DNA of 64,000 nt from Candidatus Omnitrophota bacterium (GTDB lineage Bacteria; Omnitrophota; Gorgyraeia; Zapsychrales; Fredricksoniimonadaceae), in NCBI GenBank assembly GCA_903944345.1, contig CAJARJ010000019.1, positions 7,480 to 71,479 of the forward strand, given 5' to 3'. Shown piece after piece: positions 63,401-64,000 of this stretch. The notes beneath the pieces were generated by a model. That model made no database searches and was not told the origin of the DNA. It saw only the letters and a list, made by a program, of their open reading frames with translations. A program made the translations under genes and the position numbers. Each line of letters opens with the position of its first letter. Position 1 is the stretch's first letter.

Positions 63401-64000
63401 CAATTTCCAGCGCTCGCGTGAAATGGCTTATCGTTTTTATGGCGGGTATCAGAAATTCTTGTCACAGTTGAAGGGGGAAACAAGGCAGGCCGACTGGAAA
63501 GTGGAAGCGGAAACAGGTTCAGGAGAAAATATTCTGCTTGTTCCGGTTACGGAGCACGCATCTTTGCGGATTCCGGTTGGAAACAAGACACTCGAAGATA
63601 TAAATTCGCCGGCGAATCGGGAGAATCTCCAAACACTTGTACAAAACGAGCTTGTGGAACTGGAGCATTTAACGGCGGAAATGGATGCCTATTTGCAGTT
63701 GGCCAAGAAGCATGCCACAGATCGCTTCCTGTACACTGTTTTAAACCGGGCCAGGTTGTCAAAGAATCTTGACCAAACCGTTCCGGTGGCCGGGGAAAAA
63801 GACGCTTCATCGACCTTTAAACTGCGGATCGTTGCCGGTATTTTAAGTTCGGATTTTATGAAAAAGGAAGCCGCTACCAAGGATGGAAAAGCGGTAACGA
63901 TTTATTCCAACCCGAAAACCGGCTGGCGTATGCATGTGGATCAGAAGACCGGATTGATTCACAGGTTTGACAGAACGCCAGGGGTTTCCGAGGATGCCGT
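42444..64000 (+). CDS. Giant multidomain protein (>7,180 aa, runs off the window): signal segment, C39 peptidase, membrane-insertion segments, SecA/SF2-like ATPase, HExxH metallopeptidase motif
   Basis: ATG 42444 after SD GGAG gives MDKQLDSKTVESF...FWIRAVSVILICIFLPDQIGWA. The ORF track lists no stop-terminated ORF in this frame after tadC, all spot translations are open, and the last codons read ...RFDRTPGVSEDA. Confidence 0.93.
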   Translation, partial: MDKQLDSKTVESFSTVAAAEAPISVYAEGGFRSRFNFWIRAVSVILICIFLPDQIGWAFNYNPAVIYPQNALNYQPAPVLTSAERSSAQIAGSVGFLLNQVKGLEQARFELKLNPANALQLAKELKQPVLAIDSRRSFNELAISEITQWLAEPQVHILNCGVYALKDLLDFEGISKTPEELSVITILADLLSDVLRTGDERLKTSLFALSQAMDAFGLEYQAVKLRPENLRLLATPFIAHFKDEHFVTVLRIEGDTVYLNDIGNPGQMSISELAQRASGFALAREMKFFVKAGFERVAQNTQTFVWGDKWRNKSDELPGLVSNSQIAMQVGIQVVGALAAAWMGPGGWAAYATFSMSMAASSFAQAVGQVCQMRGGSGQSCMLLSTAISVGLTMGTSALLSAGQAAGTQAAGQALAKDGVTNASAQVSQETVNKAASEAAGAISRSGEIATQEAITSSVTKAFANQGIAVSGELGAKISAAAAANVTAKVAEASASTMASTFAAGFAQGAIIGVAKGAVEYQVVKMIDKALGDDDYILKSTVQAIASSVAGAMVGSIVQWGISNAVTAYNESSAANTDTETAAASTDTSATSTQAATTATDSAMIRLTKLDGGFNPYDLGKNSLGTVLSRTLMDRSLLAGVVGHLAAMGVRYAVSGGAVTQEEEGDLSVVLGQLGNTFGQMAGNFAMGQSKIGYDNRTPEQTVKDAKDWTALFKQAIPKAVVSAGLTYALLAMEESVIGDDDGSHSYKEKQMAFRNTAFMISGVMTGLALGLAAEYAHQDADSPVGATTSSVVEDGRLEAGYKTGYWQQQKEFQMDFWGLGAMQTLTNEMGGTPYSLNAGLAAGQLTSTMQGLTGFTPQTAWQIDKMWLATKKANSELSADNRESNSVLKLRHRIAIFDIIDPGMINIDYVNSQFSAGVVSNVIATGEIAASATFARGSIDGQQYLTDWGFQWRPAITRDIVTPDGKPTGRALVFMGATNDVNRLLDFRGVENLGLSRETDPKTGKVRESLTGTYTKEYAHATGLDKAMAGIDDLTRELNSAGVNGISAERLQAALAKNGLKGAVVSSGPDGSQKVLVDVDGKTVSLDASLLQQAGLIAPAGVDKNGKLQWKFNAGSAPGSVFSNRNAKGTVFSFSGAEVVADTSSPVYFLHKIAGLPGAPVDWARSTQPENVWKNYTVDLGARNAAMTNNPGTTFSAQQINQPGGASQSVFSLELDYAGNSGNPLQMASGYRGIKKNRAGEADRKTLSFDLTAQANPDGSAVFGERRNLSIAGLVIEPGNKSVMDLAFTSMNNVGGNNLRYNVTGVNTVTGEVFDLARFKKAFEAGIRKQEQIGLLDLFLPQMSGKTAAAWLSVMATSQALGQLTPGITAPVLMNMGIRQKGSALPEASLVSSIDGKINPLQLNTYTADGQVKDVLRVTARNTPLLQLAAGGGANNFLGNVHNVSRTFLNNHLPMGSADRFGYYYAAGTPSVGKGGGKVTQYDSQLLPMFSGDEVGLEGWLREGTVARISDGKKKGSYKGKILSDFFLVNPLDPAAGELVRLVGEIGITRAGHGQTLTAEEGKTIKNFALQQAPEGIVAVIDNNGLSPFLERAVLAYPHKGAFSPEQGGQVGDITLTTNQTGHALSKYPKLGFVFHDKAGWQLLPEQSSSSTTKDRYRRGDGAIMERLFKRTIRIFGRQTITQKDGSVTGSTIDPAISKRKVSDTGWVQMGERMIAPPPAPKPVARAAGGSGDGSQKVGAEIEYTEQSLDTAAREQVAKAKKDQGIDVPPTEQEVAAAKKSILAELNSSESVEGGGTKGEWMRFRLQQSAARKSAAAFEQGGEDNEALLAEQEAASEAGSGVFSGLDKPVTEKSLERKVKAQQTNDNTVHLKPDQGAMGSYLTGAVGAPKAEELYPEVKGSGEQTAKTGSQWKKAKTEQVSLAIEANGVVTPGAITFEATTYLGRKGAAGQAAEQINVCVQTNCKAVETPYQAAYDAKTGQWLLTGVDGKGVYGISTPLGGVKPQEGNSTQVAGNGLDGRVTLRRFVGLDANGQAIYMMTLDSQTPGPNSNIQIAETGKQAVPDGMQVNNNQVSLQAPAVGVGNGFITFKEDRKTGQVTFQDNNMYYAVDMAKNQNGIELWHNDSRTPGGQVLTLDPQYNVDGSGQYNAVLKQGSQLTIADGSYGKVIGSSSVDGEGMDFRQGIFAGGNLHFVNNLKSGIMSLSADPNQFYIDKTGDGMVLNRNGQSINGALWQTSKSGASSWLSFDRAEFGSKTDPSLFGTPVRLGVPDQEGKAIAVNSPELIKVQSSESVAELSAKATYDAAHAEVQKLQAQLSQPGSILFEGDVPVAREAVAAQLANALTKEGSARKAYAVAAEQRSAKEANASGKGAETEFINQTMGEKAQDPAAQETARLYKDEGSDQVWATGELSFVLGELNTTTPAAWGVFRGQMTDQEIADKTGLQITPEFSAERKAFEDELAKNGEVSQEDFARIAPHWSEIFKDETQRRKLASADSHLDQFVNNGNVTPLTYMNSDSLYTYVSGKSSVEGIKDATAVYDKSGQLTGYTDRDGRMVTFTNAIPLIKLVDPTGEKVYSQTVLYGGSFKGGENRQLLEGAVAGQMDYLTGSGLSKAPLEQQFIQLKDGKRFITQIKWSELGMDEAGPDRPLGLAVNVNNLSLGLQNQLQGNLSGISPVSLSDQAKGMLAYRDKEGHERIVAFPAMERGSNTDIMSTNIMAFNPGDVLSINHFAPKFVNLSAKDAPYDQAQQVISIPESQLKAVNIGQDFSFQAAPPNLSGAKSGTVNQGANEASATSDSVESRRTQMQGQDLASVYAIDSKGTVTAGPDTTQAIEFNTGEKLIGRVGFQIGTINQGGVPVLSKEIQFAGQAPGSVVGWKGTDAELKSITGERIAQFKTPDGKTNVTPYIGGWVYKGEGHVDFFADRGRAQTEISQGKSVLRVVESVPGYLMVVPVQYSFDLSKPKIAGKEFVIDAKTGQKLTQSVGQVGTDHGLFYVTTDKFIKEYEGFTFFEGQSLPAIRRWLMKDNGIVADIRTLLGKPRAGMDYQDAYDYSTFSTWKGLKGLAAGYGVAQYLGWTAVSAGIGGAVGGYANDWDRAAIFEGTLNGGVDGAALGGVVGIGGGVLQAAAKAGYVQKLQSLSPAVKMGASSVGWGSYGVGQGMFSNYMAGKDITDGNWKEWTSRFVIGAATGAAGRGLSATRSPALNAVAGNVYTKSLVTTVAGGAAARSFEEGGKGNSAGTFLFDVGSGVVGAFAISGAGVWGRSILGQTAGKTVSAPASSVWYDSWAASSNLFKSSVGKTTAKSVSLAERGAAAVRPYTAPVGNFFDANPAVRQFVMPFSGKNYNTALGEIRGLAGAGKMSYLEYSAKVSKLAASGVLGGSTWGGVAGYALSYGNPNELTSEQRMGYAAYGAFAGGALALLVAARPAMQNWSRTTPEGRTLEKVDITNFTPNMAGRMALTGATDFALMMPAWNIVTVPVHAAAEKLLGKSENWKEAWKSSDIRFRTGMDGSLIDPTDLLARKAPGDMLSGAQMGVMLGPTMGLLQKPLSAVTRNENGFWGKFWKGENLAGKLTPFAGHSMPRTIATLSFVEVGTEQAMHAFGQGRIDRWGQEGMAKVEKLMALDQVSRELELQRLGDSGLKTFFDTGDFSADAVRNYGISYAEGQVAALASNVAFASLFFKPTASPRPVDYRAQRIAAAKELRAARKEVETAETAWRAAPTDSQKITAHAAAIGKVERAKQKIFRANASEAAVELSKFRTGTGDEGKADGKTKNVEAIETKYNKSINLAEASARRASWAQTVSTLAENGVVKFDIDLQSQADKALAEVNNRQAEYSQNASPENKAQVDNALINFSKLQKQINRAEYEAKEIVLKARIKKGEGAAPSALKKDAQKAQVELALLPLERLLAPRIAVVDQRIATKRAQRDGLVREGIEAAERETSPDNKTAETSGSTRVEPPESVETPAQAALRQERIQALDHEIAVQEGVRDRLVTMMEKWIAPLVESRKQAGETSPTGGINSKIVREAVEDHLANDPLERSQLETSAGRLEGSSGKKVEAGSKEYGEAVEAAQILARHNLRTVERQRDSRSEEWVADEQLQRAQRELAEVEKELGSATASSADTRVDTKDSVPQTADTDVVKALQQRKADLNTEISRLEAFLQENSSSAQPKEIAQLKREHRQAVAAAEVADKHRALHESGQTAEKVLKSQEAGGKRWYASAEGFVRRHKALLTLEQRKLASKELELAQAKQKLENSLQAPEQAETKEKIEALEKDVFNLQKLMLAHESRLGWAEFFAGARAKGQINPLEFLSLKGKIERIEHDPSYSREQAEDLASKKQELDKFEATVKALEAAKESYEKGENVDAAASLQKAAENDPGLREVFPELFKTSKPSAPEQSEAVEQPKPAEAEASRQQATPAQQQQARPQGDLAARQKEQAAQLEAMRQRQASSSGKTSVAAEKPTAEKPEAPAKVELSESVSESVRAEGQSKETIELPENIPWSQVQQNVLERMAQVAGLKEGSTLEGSKDRLDKDIAGHTQSVGTHYDLALRQYEVEIAGNKALTTGERKARLDLVRSELAFQREHMLRLFQAERTPLEEARFEASEYKLDVQAAKWELNRPQDIHLSGEGHLSAFDQMRDEARTELDKIDVPDLSALLEHRAAPRVITRRMVGAKGLDWKKFVDALPQEGVERDAHQTDQVTLTKDFDRTKTGGYLKGKDAAEVVLNRSLDPKEVEVKVEQTLNRLREVKERVAAMRVVGDMVREMADARELKGTALYLVKAAEATAVRIDLRKRYDNLFLELRDDYRIPLKDLTPEQQLAVVKFNKYVFGESGDYLTPKEFVGRVRDVQESVLSILQDQAKGFGEGAENIVGELSRIEARIQEVGNEIDLAYSLAVLSHARTDKSATPAIEDLLRQVEHSKDVPIDQQTIDNIKEQAGSILPSAKEVAVSTEKEPFAKRALDYLGQGSQQQKDQAIFAVTKRLTTLEKTVETAQERSRLRRDLEPLRRAVTVLQTQEYIRHDIFRKLEAARTNNSTREQEIDLIEREAKRMTYIDTDVFRSLEMGRPGERAFMDYLMLTELFRNPEIKTPKELEAALKKKLSGDENLKPDRIEQELTQGDNQNRLQITLDVFNQHKNTAPIKALNQMLKDLNRTHTSVTDGFRSALSRREGLSPEGEAGNIVDKRIREAQEQIESMLEIMYAKDFELDRGAEITETLRTDNSGVTEMKRRFVMAEGIAQQAIGLPGTVVVKGTGGGKTLIQLMGVELSHIVSGRQGATTTIITPEPANMIDYMKRVNELYGKAKGQGETDHKTRYFAVSEGKVYRFDGENGVNKDGWKLVTRGGKPVEAREFEMTDKKEGESAVVMMTSRDAYDMRIQPDSKGYEFLKSMKEGKNEVIMDDIQEMTRGSGLVLGGAYSVKELIANGGRAEADEIRGAAQMAAQVYNLTKNYLSERSLSTAFERVDAQLVDHIKSQVFGNGVGRLPYSETSEKRVYEFIDAAWRHFRRVKGSDYHEVVVDEKTKSTAYVVRVKDVRGERGVELTWEGENHQGPRTQRFEKEEDFYSFLKQNAEAMTLGYSKGFVLADRSVATKDHIFHDPADAAICSVAVGADLRVTADYLVRPKKALSADIFKVASLVGAERITFYSASPDLDAIKEMGLDVTFSRDGGMRQRGDLVLVGRAPELKQGQLEFRYGRGREMLTEAVQQIVRDIRADPFTVQRRAGERVVAVKVGVLVLDRADYAHEAREAALAATRHDPYQHVVEVTFTGDRKQSIIAAQARLQEVAAGYFTKDMFERVGPKDQTWEQFVEDCLGKNIILRDPDKVDPNTRANTETLQDFVTAGKIRFTTDAATHPKVSREIQTIIEKSSKQKIIVVLPKFEAGSNLLEFFSDKGERILFGASIRHVGRMEDSTFYLQLVGRGTDNYKETETNRAYLLGGKMTTYVDTARMSATQREAFRAAENKEEKLWELAHTYERELGVQAAHRARYSLLDLKLDGYGLETKLSDTERNQQAHYDKIILEKGEMYRGFSSFYLPERNTQSVRWSVLDRMDLAEEGVSYRAWQDSFRPFRETQSGTQLVRELVSQQAVSSEDLDRLMFTRDQSGRITDSPVFEIGRNGGLTGNTTMVGTVAMRILQDEHHGGQPATRNDLEGILNRARQEVTSYISAGAKLEQGTDGELMWVKRDDEGLYMDVIPAGTKRYKVNAADTQEFQVVERYNYNPAGQGAYWAKSFLALPSGAPAQGLTVHGTIIPDGAQVDQSGQYVLTQNFSHPDQPNVLALLVNGQMIVKEKGELSKEDVEAAGGDWEQIKEKLTQAKERLADIKEDTIIFDSAVTAEKAQALLLDMSATQPLRRVIQAAVEGYYQLNAHLPRERLAAIVGENNVGVLETALQQAGLVDAAGTVQEKKKVVLEKDEPAQSWTALMPSRMPSRVNTAEDEKDRAQKAEKRARDLAVALNLPRSYHEHALAILESLRDSLEIDIPLRQFVSGTERLQAPDGIVRLSAETMDRRVIDVSLQSQTARREGQLRQQAGERGDLDAVRAHTRNINRSLAGILKYRAGLSLAPTVTKEIFKDIKDAAVNKDALIQALRAAGYIDDKGFLKDDSFFAVKTAADLNIGLDLKDEDKDKVFEALVKAETIRINIDRGLSRSEYTLEDFDGKQEKAQALLDQIRRDSSISAPTPQDGHPAEDPVAALNQLLSDQTGSAFLPQKDSVTPLEVRRAIKAKYEKLAPEDRDLGQDKDELTIRLLRTLGSKVRDVKGDLVPLSQIRQLEMDFSLLDDGQAAQATNSSIKLGLDAFLTALADNNKSGFRFVRHEGMHVWDRNLSRHKLEARRIAGKVDVIPRSARIRFEDYKVFQTDTLRARLNENKVGILSDPFAFIRDMETLGYVRKEKDHYIKTDKFYQETNGMVFKKLPGYDTQEQRKFVFELLNNGEEIGIYDKDFALGEVFTQRKEGRDYLQELSRAMEQGDMQEVRRMSAIVEDNFQRSREMAYRFYGGYQKFLSQLKGETRQADWKVEAETGSGENILLVPVTEHASLRIPVGNKTLEDINSPANRENLQTLVQNELVELEHLTAEMDAYLQLAKKHATDRFLYTVLNRARLSKNLDQTVPVAGEKDASSTFKLRIVAGILSSDFMKKEAATKDGKAVTIYSNPKTGWRMHVDQKTGLIHRFDRTPGVSEDA

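Noticed and set aside
42793-63880. Dozens of short ORFs on both strands in the track
   Set aside because: They are off-frame or antisense shadows of the single giant plus-strand ORF and carry no recognisable motifs.

Overview
Bacterial chromosomal window spanning the replication origin. The gene content and style fit Candidatus Omnitrophota (OP3, PVC superphylum), but that assignment is an inference. Left arm (1-14.2 kb, minus strand) is housekeeping: rarA (partial), a likely 6S RNA, pheT/pheS, rplT-rpmI-infC-thrS, tRNA-Val/Leu/Cys, stand-alone coaC, rpoZ, gmk, yicC, parB/parA, a Jag_N-only protein containing a parS site, yidC, yidD and rpmH (no rnpA). oriC flanks dnaA, followed on the plus strand by dnaN, dciA, gyrB, gyrA, tRNA-Glu and mdh. 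From 23.8 kb there is an unusual Tad/Flp (type IVc) pilus locus: a PPIase lipoprotein, CpaB, a secretin fused to a TonB C-terminal domain, a CpaE-CpaF fusion ATPase, DUF192, a transposase-derived HTH protein, a structured leader RNA, 14 consecutive class-III-signal-peptide (pilin-like) genes and tadB/tadC. Directly after it, a giant ORF absent from the ORF track starts at 42444 and is still open at the window end (>7,180 aa). It carries a signal segment, a C39-type cysteine peptidase, Gly/Ala-rich membrane-insertion segments, a degenerate SecA/SF2-like ATPase and an HExxH metallopeptidase motif. The best candidate for a novel system is this Tad pilus plus giant multi-enzyme protein, a possible contact-dependent delivery or predation apparatus.
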